64,000 bases of DNA from Candidatus Omnitrophota bacterium (GCA_037131245.1 JBAXRK010000002.1:116227-180226); one strand, 5' to 3'. Shown: positions 8,501-18,052, counted from the first letter of the stretch. The notes: a model not told the origin generated them from the letters alone. Translations and numbers: made by a program.

Positions 8501-11500
8501 ATGAGGGCATTCCTGTCGGGCCAGACGGATATCATTGCGTTCGTCTACGGCCTTAGTTTTGTTTTTCTTTCCGCTGTATGCGTGTCCTTCCATAATAAAC
8601 GCAAGCCTGATATCCCCTGGCATTGGCTGGCCCTTTTCGGCGCCGTTTACGGTGTTAAAGCCTGGCTGGATATGCTCGCCGGAAGCCTGGGCGATAATGT
8701 TAATTTTGCCTGGTGCCGCGACTTCTTGACAGTGGCGGCTGTGGCGCTTCTCCTAGAGTTCGGCCGCTCCTCCCGGCGGAGGGTTGGTGATATGACCCTG
8801 GCCGGGTGGGTGATGCTGCCGCTCTTGGCCTCGATGGCTCTCGGCGGATCGGCGGCCCTGCTGGTGTTGCGCGCGGCGATCGCGTCGGTTGTGGTTTTTG
8901 CGGTGTGGTATTACATTCGGGTTGTTATTCTGCCCGAAGGGGATGTTAAAAAGTCGAGGGATGGAAGCCGGTTCGCTATTTTTTGGGGCAGCATATTTGT
9001 GTTGTTTCTGGCGGCATCCTGCGTTTTTGTCAATTGGACGGGTGAACAGAAGACCGTCAAAGAACGGGCGAAGATCCTCTATTTGGCCCAGCAGATGGCG
9101 CCGGTCCTTGATATTCGCCAGGTCCAGGCGCTTACCGTTTCTTCCGCGGATCTTGAGTCGGCGGCCTATCAGTATCTGAAGAATCAGCTGCAGTCTTTAC
9201 GCAAGGTTGATCCTGGTATCCGTTTTGTTTATCTGATGCGCCGGGTCGAGGGCCGTGTTCTTTTCCTGGCGGATTCTGAAGCCCAGGGGAGCAAGGATGA
9301 ATCGCCTCCGGGACAGGCCATGGAGAGCGTCCCGGCGGAACTGGTCGGTGTTTTTGACTCCGGAAAGGCGGTCGTCGAGGGGCCGAGCGGCGACCGTTGG
9401 GGAACCTGGCTGTCCGGTTACGCGCCGCTTAATGACCCGCGGACGGGTGCCCTGGCCGCGGTGTTGGGGGTAGATCAGGACGCCAGGGATTATGTGCGTC
9501 ATATCGCGCTGGAACGGATCAAAACCATCGTTTTTCTGGGCTTGATGTGTGTTGTTGTTATTTTGATGCTGGTTTATTATCAGCGTTTTTCAGGCGCGCT
9601 GTCTTCTCATGAAGAGGTGGCCGACCCGTTCATGCGCTGGGGGACGCTCGGGTTCGTGGTCCTGTTCGGCATCACCGTATCGGGCATGCTTTTTTTAAGG
9701 GAGCAGGAACGGGAAAAGGAGGCGTTCAAGGCGGTCTTTGTGCGCGCAGCCGCCGGGCAGGTCAATATTATCACCCAGGCTTTGGGCGAACAGGTCGATC
9801 GCCTGGAGAGCATCCGGCATCATTTTGAGACGGTTCCTGTCATCGATCCTGATCAATTTAGCCGGTTCGTCAAGCCGATCATGGACGATGTTCCCCTTCA
9901 GTCTTTGGAGTGGGTCGCCAAGGAGCAGTTTGACCGTTTCGCTTCCGATCCGGCGCAGCGTGCCGCGATGGACAAGAGCCGCGATGAAGGGATGACGGTC
10001 GCTGGGGCCCCGGTTGCGTTGGGTCCGCTTTCCGGAAATAAAAACGGGTTTCAGGTTTTCGTCCCCGTGTTCATGCCCGGGGCGGAACCTCACTCTATTG
10101 CCGAGCGCCGCCGGGATTTGCGGGGATTTATCCGGGTTGTTTACCGGGGAGCCGATTTTCTTAAGGCGGCGTACACCACCATGCCGGAGGAGGGCCTGGC
10201 CTGCCTGATCGAGGATCCGCAAGCGCCGCCTTCCGTGAGCGTGCTCTACCGGCATCAGGTACCGGCAGGGACGGTGGATTGGTTTAAGCCGATGGTCAGA
10301 TATGAAGTTCCTGTTCTGATGGCCAACCGCGAATGGCGGATAGGGATCCTGCCGGGCAGTGCTTTTATCGCTTCAAGCATGTCGAGGTCGTATGTTTGGA
10401 TCCTGCCGTTCGGGGTCCTGGTGACCTGCCTGGCCGCTTTGTTCCTTAATTTGCTGATGATGGGGCGCTCCCGCCTGGAGGTGCTGGTCCGTGAGCGCAC
10501 GTCTGAATTGAGCCGGGAGAAAGAGGCTTTGGCCAGGAACGAGGAAAAGCTCGAGCAGGCGATGCAGGCCAAATCGAATTTTGTATCGATGGTGTCGCAT
10601 GAGTTGCGCACGCCGCTGACCGCGATCAAGTCTTCCGTTGATATCCTGGAAACGGAAGCGCCCGGCAAGCTCAGCGGCGATCAGAAGACCTTCCTGGCAC
10701 GGGTGAGGACGAATATCGACCGCCTGCTGCGGCTGGTCAATGATATCCTGGACTTGTCCAAATTCGAGTCCGGTAAGATGACCATGAACCTGGCTCCGGT
10801 CCGGCCGGAAGAGGTGATCAATGAAGTGGTGGCGATGCAGGGCGTTGTCGCCCGGGCCATGGGCATCGGTTTGGCGATCGATATTCAGGGTGCCCTGCCG
10901 GTATTATTGACCGACCGGGACCGCCTGCTTCAGGTCTTTAATAATCTTATCAGCAATGCCCTTAAGTTCACCCGAAGAGGCAGCGTGCTGGTGAGCGCCT
11001 TCAGTGAGGACGGCAAAGCCGTGGTTTTTTGCGTGCGGGATACCGGCGACGGGATCAAGCCGGAATATCTCGAGAAGATCTTCGAGAAATTCTACCAGGC
11101 TGGGCGCGCGGCCGACCAGGTGAGCGGTACGGGGCTGGGCCTGGCTATCTGTAAAGAGATCGTGGAGCGGCTCGGCGGACGCATCTGGGTTGAATCGAAA
11201 CCGGGCGTGGGCAGCGCGTTCTTTTTCACCATCCCGCTCAGGCACAATAAGCGCATTCTCGTTGTTGATGATGACCGGGCGACCCTGGCGATGATCAAAG
11301 GGATCCTGAAAGGTGAGAACAAGTACGAGATCGAGCTGGCGGCCGATGGTTTTTTGGCGGGACAGAAGTATCTGGAATTCGAGCCGCATCTGATCATCCT
11401 GGACATCGGCTTGCCCAAACTTAACGGGCTGGAAGTTTGCGCGCAGGTCAAGAATGGCCCCCGGGGCAGGGAGACCAAGATTCTCATGATCTCGAGTTCT

Positions 11501-11605
11501 ATTGACGAGATGGAACATAATATCAGGGAGGCCGGGGCGGATGATATGATGAGGAAGCCGGTGGATCGGGCGCAGTTGCTGCTTAAGGTGAGCCAGCTTA
11601 TTTAA
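8501..11605 (+). CDS. Hybrid sensor histidine kinase (multi-TM N-terminus, two extracytoplasmic sensor regions including a CHASE-like one, HisKA, HATPase, receiver)
   Basis: SHELRTPL H-box, N/G boxes (NLISNALKFT, DTGDGI, GTGLGLAI), and a C-terminal receiver (ILVVDDD...ILDIGLPKLNG). The alternative GTG start at 8492 sits 2 nt after the preceding stop. Confidence 0.9.
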   Translation: MRAFLSGQTDIIAFVYGLSFVFLSAVCVSFHNKRKPDIPWHWLALFGAVYGVKAWLDMLAGSLGDNVNFAWCRDFLTVAAVALLLEFGRSSRRRVGDMTLAGWVMLPLLASMALGGSAALLVLRAAIASVVVFAVWYYIRVVILPEGDVKKSRDGSRFAIFWGSIFVLFLAASCVFVNWTGEQKTVKERAKILYLAQQMAPVLDIRQVQALTVSSADLESAAYQYLKNQLQSLRKVDPGIRFVYLMRRVEGRVLFLADSEAQGSKDESPPGQAMESVPAELVGVFDSGKAVVEGPSGDRWGTWLSGYAPLNDPRTGALAAVLGVDQDARDYVRHIALERIKTIVFLGLMCVVVILMLVYYQRFSGALSSHEEVADPFMRWGTLGFVVLFGITVSGMLFLREQEREKEAFKAVFVRAAAGQVNIITQALGEQVDRLESIRHHFETVPVIDPDQFSRFVKPIMDDVPLQSLEWVAKEQFDRFASDPAQRAAMDKSRDEGMTVAGAPVALGPLSGNKNGFQVFVPVFMPGAEPHSIAERRRDLRGFIRVVYRGADFLKAAYTTMPEEGLACLIEDPQAPPSVSVLYRHQVPAGTVDWFKPMVRYEVPVLMANREWRIGILPGSAFIASSMSRSYVWILPFGVLVTCLAALFLNLLMMGRSRLEVLVRERTSELSREKEALARNEEKLEQAMQAKSNFVSMVSHELRTPLTAIKSSVDILETEAPGKLSGDQKTFLARVRTNIDRLLRLVNDILDLSKFESGKMTMNLAPVRPEEVINEVVAMQGVVARAMGIGLAIDIQGALPVLLTDRDRLLQVFNNLISNALKFTRRGSVLVSAFSEDGKAVVFCVRDTGDGIKPEYLEKIFEKFYQAGRAADQVSGTGLGLAICKEIVERLGGRIWVESKPGVGSAFFFTIPLRHNKRILVVDDDRATLAMIKGILKGENKYEIELAADGFLAGQKYLEFEPHLIILDIGLPKLNGLEVCAQVKNGPRGRETKILMISSSIDEMEHNIREAGADDMMRKPVDRAQLLLKVSQLI

Positions 11606-11624
11606 CGGGATGACGGGAGGGGCT

Positions 11625-12011
11625 ATGGACAGGAAGTCAAAGGTACTGATCGTTGATGATGAAGAGGATCTGCGTGAGAATTTAAAATATGTTTTTCACA
11701 ATCAGGGTTATGAGGTGCAGCTGGCCAAAGACGGCGTGCAGGGGCTCGAGCGCCTCGAGACTTTTGCGCCGGACCTGATCATCCTCGACCTGAATATGCC
11801 CGACATGGGCGGCATCGAGTTTTATCACCGGATCTGCGAGAACAATGTGCCCAAATATCCCGTCCTGGTCCTCACCGCCCGGGCGAAAGCCATCGCCAAC
11901 TGCTCGGTTTTCGACGGGTTCATGGCCAAGCCGTTCGATATACCGGCCCTCATTGCCGAAGCCGCGCGGATCATTGAAAAGAGATCCGGAAATGGTCACG
12001 GCACAAAATAA
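11625..12011 (+). CDS. Single-domain response regulator (receiver)
   Basis: VLIVDDEEDLRENL...DLIILDLNMPDMGG...LVLTAR...KPF receiver motifs. Confidence 0.85.
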   Translation: MDRKSKVLIVDDEEDLRENLKYVFHNQGYEVQLAKDGVQGLERLETFAPDLIILDLNMPDMGGIEFYHRICENNVPKYPVLVLTARAKAIANCSVFDGFMAKPFDIPALIAEAARIIEKRSGNGHGTK

Positions 12012-13764
12012 CCTCGGCGCGTCGTCATCTCCGTATCTGCGCCAGCACGCCGACAATCCGATCTGGTGGCAGGAATGGAGCGCGGATGTCCTCGAGCATG
12101 CCCGCCGCGAGAACAAGCCGCTTTTTGTTTCGGTAGGTTACGCGACCTGTCATTGGTGCCATGTGATGGCCGCCGAGTCTTTTGTCGATCAAGGCGTGGC
12201 TGATTTTCTCAACAAGCATTTTGTTTCGATCAAGGTTGATCGGGAGCAGCGCCCCGATATAGATCAGTATTTGATGGCGTTCATCGCTTCCCAGGGCAGC
12301 CATGGTGGCTGGCCGCTTAATTGTTTTCTGACCCCCGACCTCAAACCATTCCTGGCGCTTACCTATATTCCGCTTCAGCCCCGCTATGGCATGCCTGGTT
12401 TTCTGGACCTGTTGGGAAAAGTTCATGCTCATTATCTGAGTGCCGGCGGGCAGATCGGCCCTTTTACTGTTGAGATGGACGAGGGGGCAGAGGACTCTGA
12501 GATCAATGCTCTGCGCGCATTCAGAGGATCTTTTGATAGCCAGTACGGCGGCTTCGGCGACGGTACCAAATTCCCGCCGCACTGTACGCTTTTATTCATG
12601 CTGTATGATCTGGCCGCTTCGGGTGATACCAACATGAAGGGGATGATCGAGCAAACGCTTGAAAGTATTCTGCGCGGCGGGTTGCATGATCATCTACAGG
12701 GCGGCTTCTACCGTTATTGCGTTGATCGGGAATGGACCATCCCGCATTTTGAGAAAATGATCTACGACCAGGCCATGCTCTTGTGGGTTTTTAGCCTGGC
12801 GTTCCGTGTTATCGGGCGGGAAGAATACCGGGTGGCCGTGGTCAATGTACTTAAATGCCTGGAAGAGACGTTTGAAGAGGGCGGGCTTTATTACTCCGGC
12901 CATGACGCGGATACGCATCATGAAGAAGGGGCAACGTATGTCTGGAGCCGTGATGAGCTGGCGCGGGTCCTGACGCCGGATGAATATGCCCGATTTATCG
13001 GGGTTTACCAGATCACGGCGGAGGGGAACTTCGAAGGGAAAAATCACTTACTCCGGGTCGGGGACGCTGACATCAGTGATATCGAGAACAAACTTCTGGG
13101 CCTGCGTAACAAGCGCTCGCAGCCATCCGTGGATAAAAAGATCATCACGTCCTGGAACTGTCTTGTCGGGATCGGCTTGATCCACGCATATCGTTATGCG
13201 GGTGTGACCGGCGCGCTGGAAAAAGCGGAGACGCTCGCGCAAGGGCTCATGGACAAGCATTTCATCGACGGGAAGCTGGCGCATAGTTCATTTGATGGCA
13301 CGCTGCAAAAGCAGGCATTCCTTCAGGACTATGCCGGGTTGCTGCTACTCTTGACCTATCTTCACGAGGAAACCGGACGGTATGATGCCGAAATGCGCGA
13401 TTTTTCTCAGAAGATAGCGGCGTTCAGGCGGGACGGCGGCTGGATCGAATCCTTTAACGATGATTTCATGCCGGTCCCGGCCGCTTCATTCGATCATCCT
13501 GTGCCGTCGAGCATCGCGCTGGCTGAGTTCGCCCTGCTGCGCGTGGAAGTCCTCGCGGGGCGTGAGCCGGCGGCGCGGCCTTACCGCACGCCGTTACATC
13601 ATGATTTTTTTAACCTGGCGGGGTTGGCAGGAAATGGGCTGTTCCACATCATTGAAGCGCCGGCCAAGATCGGCTGGGAGCATTTGCCGCCGAATAGCAT
13701 TCAAAGAAGGGGCGGCAGATCCGTCGATTGTTTTCGCGGTGCCTGCAGGGAGTTGAAGGTTTAA
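11992..13764 (+). CDS. Thioredoxin-domain protein, DUF255/YyaL family, with an (alpha/alpha)6 epimerase-like body
   Basis: SPYLRQHADNPIWWQEW...KPLFVSVGYATCHWCHVMAAESF is the family signature. ATG 11992 lies within track ORF 11845..13764. Confidence 0.85.
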   Translation: MVTAQNNLGASSSPYLRQHADNPIWWQEWSADVLEHARRENKPLFVSVGYATCHWCHVMAAESFVDQGVADFLNKHFVSIKVDREQRPDIDQYLMAFIASQGSHGGWPLNCFLTPDLKPFLALTYIPLQPRYGMPGFLDLLGKVHAHYLSAGGQIGPFTVEMDEGAEDSEINALRAFRGSFDSQYGGFGDGTKFPPHCTLLFMLYDLAASGDTNMKGMIEQTLESILRGGLHDHLQGGFYRYCVDREWTIPHFEKMIYDQAMLLWVFSLAFRVIGREEYRVAVVNVLKCLEETFEEGGLYYSGHDADTHHEEGATYVWSRDELARVLTPDEYARFIGVYQITAEGNFEGKNHLLRVGDADISDIENKLLGLRNKRSQPSVDKKIITSWNCLVGIGLIHAYRYAGVTGALEKAETLAQGLMDKHFIDGKLAHSSFDGTLQKQAFLQDYAGLLLLLTYLHEETGRYDAEMRDFSQKIAAFRRDGGWIESFNDDFMPVPAASFDHPVPSSIALAEFALLRVEVLAGREPAARPYRTPLHHDFFNLAGLAGNGLFHIIEAPAKIGWEHLPPNSIQRRGGRSVDCFRGACRELKV

Positions 13765-13780
13765 AGATAGGGTGTATAAT
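13753..13780 (+). promoter_or_regulatory. Near-consensus promoter immediately upstream of the PAS kinase gene (candidate leaderless transcript)
   Basis: TTGAAG (13753-13758), 16-nt spacer, TATAAT (13775-13780). Only 9 nt separate the -10 from ATG 13790, and there is no SD. Confidence 0.45.
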
Positions 13781-13789
13781 ACCTGCCTG

Positions 13790-15961
13790 ATGAAAAAGAC
13801 AGGCTCGCGTTTCTTCAGTATTCCTCAGTTGGCCCCTTTCCGGATCGTCGTGATCTACGCGGTCTTCAGTTTTATCTGGATCTATTTTTCGGATACTTTT
13901 CTCGGGATGATGGTCAGCGATCCCCGCCTGGTCCTTGAGATCTCCGTTTTCAAGGGGTTCACGTTCGTTCTTGTCACCGCCCTTTTGCTTTTTTTCTTTA
14001 TCCGCCGGGATATTGCCAAGACCATTCACAATGAAGAGGTGGCGCGCGGCAGTGAACGGAAATACCGGGAGCTTCATGAAAGCCTCACCGACGCTTTCGT
14101 TTCGGTTGATATCGATGGTCGGTTGCAAGATTGGAATCAGGCGTATCAGAATATGCTGGGCTATCCCGTTGATGAACTGCGCCGGAAAACCTACCAGGAA
14201 TTAACGCCGCCGCGCTGGCATGCTTTTGAGGCCGGGATCATCAAGGATCAGGTGCTGCCACGCGGTTATTCGGATATTTATGAGAAAACCTACCGCCGGC
14301 AGGACGGGAAGGAATTCCCGGTTGAACTGCGGACGATCCTGATCCGCGACAATAAGGGCGAGCCAACCGGAATGTGGGCGATCGTCCGCGACATTACCGG
14401 CCGCAAGCAGATGGAGCAGGCCCTGCGTGATAGTGAAGCCCGTTTCCGGGATATCATCACGCATGCCCCGATCTCGATGGCGATCGTCAGCATGGACGGC
14501 ACGATCGAATTCATTAACCAGAAAGCGATCGATGTCTTCGGCTACCTGCCGGAAGATATCCCCACCATGGAGCGCTGGTGGGCCCTGGCCTACCCCGACG
14601 AAGCATATCGCCGGGAAGTGTCCGTCGATTGGATGGAACGTGTCCGCCAGGCGGTGGCCGGCGGGGAGATCCGTGGCAATGAATACCGGGTGACATGCAA
14701 AGATGGCAGCGTCAAGGTCATGTTCATTTCAGGGTCTTTTGTTTCTAATAAGGTCTTTGTCCTTTTTGATGATATCACCCTGCGTAAACAGGCCGAAGAG
14801 GGCCTGCGCAAGCACTTCGATCTGCTCGAAGAACTGGTCCGTATCCGTACCACGGAACTGACGCAGGCGAACGAGCGCCTGGAGGATTCCAGGAATTATT
14901 TCGACCGGATCTTTCAGGCTTTGCCCGATCCGGTATTCGTCAAGGATCGGCAGCATCGCTGGGTCCTGCTTAATGATCTGTTCTGCCGTTTTATGGGCCG
15001 CACGCATGAGGAGTTGTACGGCAAAAGCGATGCCGACTTCTTTCCTAAAGAGCAGGTGGCTGTTTTCTGGGCCAAGGATGAAGAGGTGTTCAATACCGGT
15101 GTCGAGAACCTTAACGAGGAGTTCTTTACCGACGGTCAAGGCGTGGTCAGGACGATCATGACCAAGAAGATCCTTTACACCGATAAAGCGGGTAATAAAT
15201 TTATTGTCGGCATCATCCGGGATATCACGGACTTCCGGCGGGCTTCCGAGCAGCTGGTGCAGTTCCAGGCCCGCATGGAGCAGTCGGAGAAGCTGGCGTC
15301 CCTGGGCCAGCTGGTGGCCGGTATTGCCCATGAGATCAATAATCCCCTGGCGTATGTCCTTTCCAATCTGGAAACCATGAAGAAGTCCGGGGCCGACCAT
15401 GAGGTCCTTAGCGAGCTTCCTGCCTTGATCGATGAATCGATCGGCGGGGCGCAGCGGATCGCCCGGATCGTTCTTGACCTGCGGGCTTTTGTGCACCCTG
15501 AGGGCGGTGATTGGCAGGAGGGCGACCTTAATCGCGCGCTGGATAGCGCCCTGAACATCGTGCGCGTGGATTCTGACGGGAAGATCACGGTTGTCAGGGA
15601 ATACGGCGACCTGCCGGCGGTGCGCCTTAAGGAGCAGCAGATGACGCAGGTTTTTATTAATTTGCTGTCCAATGCCGTCCAGGCTATTACGGGAAGAGGC
15701 ACCGTGACGGTCCGGACATACGCGCGCCGGGGGGATGTTTTCGCGGAGGTTGAAGATACCGGCTCAGGCATCAAGCCAGAGAACCTTTCGAGGATCTTTG
15801 ACCCGTTCTTTACGACCAAGGAAGTCGGACAGGGGACGGGGTTAGGGCTGTCGATCGTTCAGAGCATTATCGATGAGCATAAGGGATCGGTGTCGGTCCG
15901 TGACCGTAAGGGTGGCGGGACCGTGTTCATTGTTCAGTTGTCCGCGGTAAAGGCAACGTAA
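13790..15961 (+). CDS. Membrane-anchored multi-PAS sensor histidine kinase
   Basis: Several PAS-like segments (SLTDAFVSVDIDGRL..., ITHAPISMAIVSMDGTI..., ALPDPVFVKDRQHRW...). H-box GIAHEINNPL. HATPase motifs (NLLSNAVQA, DTGSGI, GTGLGLS). The track start 13772 is a GTG. Confidence 0.9.
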   Translation: MKKTGSRFFSIPQLAPFRIVVIYAVFSFIWIYFSDTFLGMMVSDPRLVLEISVFKGFTFVLVTALLLFFFIRRDIAKTIHNEEVARGSERKYRELHESLTDAFVSVDIDGRLQDWNQAYQNMLGYPVDELRRKTYQELTPPRWHAFEAGIIKDQVLPRGYSDIYEKTYRRQDGKEFPVELRTILIRDNKGEPTGMWAIVRDITGRKQMEQALRDSEARFRDIITHAPISMAIVSMDGTIEFINQKAIDVFGYLPEDIPTMERWWALAYPDEAYRREVSVDWMERVRQAVAGGEIRGNEYRVTCKDGSVKVMFISGSFVSNKVFVLFDDITLRKQAEEGLRKHFDLLEELVRIRTTELTQANERLEDSRNYFDRIFQALPDPVFVKDRQHRWVLLNDLFCRFMGRTHEELYGKSDADFFPKEQVAVFWAKDEEVFNTGVENLNEEFFTDGQGVVRTIMTKKILYTDKAGNKFIVGIIRDITDFRRASEQLVQFQARMEQSEKLASLGQLVAGIAHEINNPLAYVLSNLETMKKSGADHEVLSELPALIDESIGGAQRIARIVLDLRAFVHPEGGDWQEGDLNRALDSALNIVRVDSDGKITVVREYGDLPAVRLKEQQMTQVFINLLSNAVQAITGRGTVTVRTYARRGDVFAEVEDTGSGIKPENLSRIFDPFFTTKEVGQGTGLGLSIVQSIIDEHKGSVSVRDRKGGGTVFIVQLSAVKAT

Positions 15962-15973
15962 GGTGAGACGTAT

Positions 15974-17650
15974 ATGATCAAAAATGGCGGTGATGGCCGG
16001 TTGATGTTTAAAATCGATGTCTGGGATGGGTTGACCCTGGCGGCGGCTAAAAAGATATTGCGTCAGGCCCGGAAAGAGCGGGAGCTTTTGGTGATCTCCG
16101 GCGAAGAGCCGACCGGCTGGGCGCCTTTGCCCAAGCTCTTGATCTTTGCCCGGCAGGAGCTTAAGTTCGAGCATATTCAGCTGGAGACCAGCGCCCGTGT
16201 GCTGTCTTATCCTCCCTATATTGACGCCCTGGTCCGCTTATTGGCGAACACGCGCCCGCCGGTGGGTGCCGAGTTTACCGGCCTGCCGTCGGATTTCTCG
16301 TTCCGGGTGAATGTTTATTCTCACCGGGCGGATGTGCATGATGCTCTGACGGGAGTTACCGGTTCCTGGGAGCAGGCGATGACCGGGCTGGCTTATCTGA
16401 TGGAGCGCCGGCAGGAAGTAACGACCAATACGGTTATTACGTCGCGCAATTATAAAGAGCTGGCGGCTATCTCGGATGATCTGGCCAAGCGGGGGATCAT
16501 GGCGCAGGAGTTCAGCCTGATCCACGGCGGGAAACCGGGGTATAAAGAACTGGCGGTGCCGTATGATCGGCTGGCTGCTTCACTTAAAGAACTGCTCAGC
16601 CGCCGGGACAAGCGCACGGTGTTCATCGAGAATGTGCCGTACTGCTATCTGCAGGGGCTCGAGAATGTGATGTCGGATAATTATTATCCGCCTGGCAAGG
16701 AGCGGCGCCTGCGTTATCACACCAAGTCGGGAGCGGTGAAGAAAGAAGAATACCCTCGTGTGGCTTGTCCGCACCGGGCACGCTGCCGTTACGAATTCAT
16801 CTGCCGGGGCATCGACCCTCAGTATGTCAAGAAGTTCGGGTGGAAGAGCATCAAGCCTGCGGCGTACGTGGAAGAATCGGCGGCACTGGGGAAGAAGGCG
16901 GTGCGGGCTTTTAAAAAGTACCGTGCTGATTCCTTTGTGTTCTTTAGCGGCGGGGTGGATTCAAAATGCTCGAGCGCCTTGTTCGCGACAGCCAATCCCG
17001 ACAAGAACATCGTGCTGGTCACGCTCGATAATCAATGCCTGTATCCCGACCACCGGATCATTGCCAAGACGTCCGTCGATGTCCTCAAGAAGTTCAGCCA
17101 TATCAAAGGCCATGTGTTCCTGCAGAGCCCTCGCGACTTGCTGCGTAACGAGTTCATGGGGAAGATCGATCACTGGGAAAAAGTTAAAGGCATGAACACC
17201 GGCTGCCATCTGTGCGTGCTGACCGCGATCAGCGCCGCGGTGAGCCTGGTGCGCCAGTTCGACGATAAGCCGAAGGACTTTATCTACGGTTTCCGCCAGG
17301 GCAGCAATTATCCGAAGATCTTTATCCATTACGTGCGCCTGTTCCTGCGGCAGTATGATATCAACCTGCATACGCCGGTCTTCGAATTCCGCGATAAAGC
17401 CGCGGTGCACGCGCGGCTAAAGGAGTTTGGCCTGAGCACGGCATCGAATCAGCCTTTGTGCCTGTTCACCGATAAGCGTTATACGCTCGACAAAGGCGAC
17501 GTCAATAATGCCAAGGGTTTCGACCTCTTTAAAGACGCGCAGTGGGAGGAAAAGATGAAGACGGCCCGCGTTTCGGATGAGCCGTTCTTTGAATCGTTCG
17601 CGCAGTTGCTGCAGAAGCGCTTCGGCATCGTCAAGATCCGGGCTTGTTAG
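15974..17650 (+). CDS. Two-domain fusion: radical-SAM-fold domain lacking the CxxxCxxC loop + PP-loop (SGGxDS) ATP pyrophosphatase
   Basis: The N-terminal half aligns by eye to radical SAM/SPASM cores (LLVISGEEPT, HIQLETSAR, FRVNVYSHRADVHDALTGVTGSWEQAM, TTNTVITSRNYKEL) but has no cluster cysteines. The C-terminal half has FVFFSGGVDSKCS. Confidence 0.6.
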   Translation: MIKNGGDGRLMFKIDVWDGLTLAAAKKILRQARKERELLVISGEEPTGWAPLPKLLIFARQELKFEHIQLETSARVLSYPPYIDALVRLLANTRPPVGAEFTGLPSDFSFRVNVYSHRADVHDALTGVTGSWEQAMTGLAYLMERRQEVTTNTVITSRNYKELAAISDDLAKRGIMAQEFSLIHGGKPGYKELAVPYDRLAASLKELLSRRDKRTVFIENVPYCYLQGLENVMSDNYYPPGKERRLRYHTKSGAVKKEEYPRVACPHRARCRYEFICRGIDPQYVKKFGWKSIKPAAYVEESAALGKKAVRAFKKYRADSFVFFSGGVDSKCSSALFATANPDKNIVLVTLDNQCLYPDHRIIAKTSVDVLKKFSHIKGHVFLQSPRDLLRNEFMGKIDHWEKVKGMNTGCHLCVLTAISAAVSLVRQFDDKPKDFIYGFRQGSNYPKIFIHYVRLFLRQYDINLHTPVFEFRDKAAVHARLKEFGLSTASNQPLCLFTDKRYTLDKGDVNNAKGFDLFKDAQWEEKMKTARVSDEPFFESFAQLLQKRFGIVKIRAC

Positions 17651-17674
17651 AGTTTACCGCGCGCGGGCTAAAGG

Positions 17675-17683
17675 TGCTATGAT
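17675..17683 (+). promoter_or_regulatory. Extended -10 element (TGcTATGAT) upstream of the Lys-rich micro-ORF
   Basis: TG at 17675-17676 and TATGAT at 17678-17683. A weak -35 TTTACC at 17653-17658 has a 19-nt spacer. Confidence 0.35.
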
Positions 17684-17725
17684 GTATTTGTAACGATAAC
17701 ATGCAAACCTCGGAAGGAGGGTCAC

Positions 17726-17791
17726 ATGGGCGACAAGAGCAAAGGCAAGAAGGACAAGAAAGTTAAAAAGCCGAAACAGAACAAGAAGTAA
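17726..17791 (+). CDS. 21-aa lysine-rich micro-protein (MGDKSKGKKDKKVKKPKQNKK)
   Basis: Strong SD GGAAGGAGGG ends 5 nt before the ATG. It has its own -10 element. A GC-rich hairpin (17809-17832) follows. It is too short to appear in the ORF track. Confidence 0.45.
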   Translation: MGDKSKGKKDKKVKKPKQNKK

Positions 17792-18052
17792 TTCTATAGT
17801 CCGGTCATCCGGGGGGCGTGTCAGGCCCCCGGTGCCGGGCGTTCACAGCAGGCTAGGAGCCCTTATTAAGATATCCGCCACGTCCCCCCGGGGAAGAAAA
17901 TGCAAGCAGCACAGTTGTAAGCATATCCTCAGTATTTACAACCACGATCTTTATTGCCATTCCTGCTCTAACCAGAGCCATCGGGACGGCGAGCGCTCCG
18001 CGCATAAAAGTTCCTGACCCACGGCGAGCCTGTCCGACTCGATAAATAGTGC

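Noticed and set aside
11845-11991. Upstream extensions of several track ORFs (11845, 2677, 3294, 5979, 30288, 31950, 1840, 24541, 40483)
   Set aside because: These extensions overlap the preceding gene in another frame and encode Pro/Arg/Ser-rich sequence. In each case an internal ATG with an SD or a start-stop overlap begins exactly where family-typical sequence starts.
14729-15496. 255-aa minus-strand ORF inside the PAS kinase gene
   Set aside because: It is a shadow frame of a well-supported kinase gene, with no motifs and no translation signals.
17832-18017. 61-aa + strand ORF in the 330-bp gap before the beta-barrel gene
   Set aside because: It has a GTG/alternative start, no SD, and an odd Cys/His/Ser/Arg composition with no recognisable motif. 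I also looked for a tRNA or other structured RNA here and saw no convincing cloverleaf or conserved-looking structure. The gap is left unannotated.
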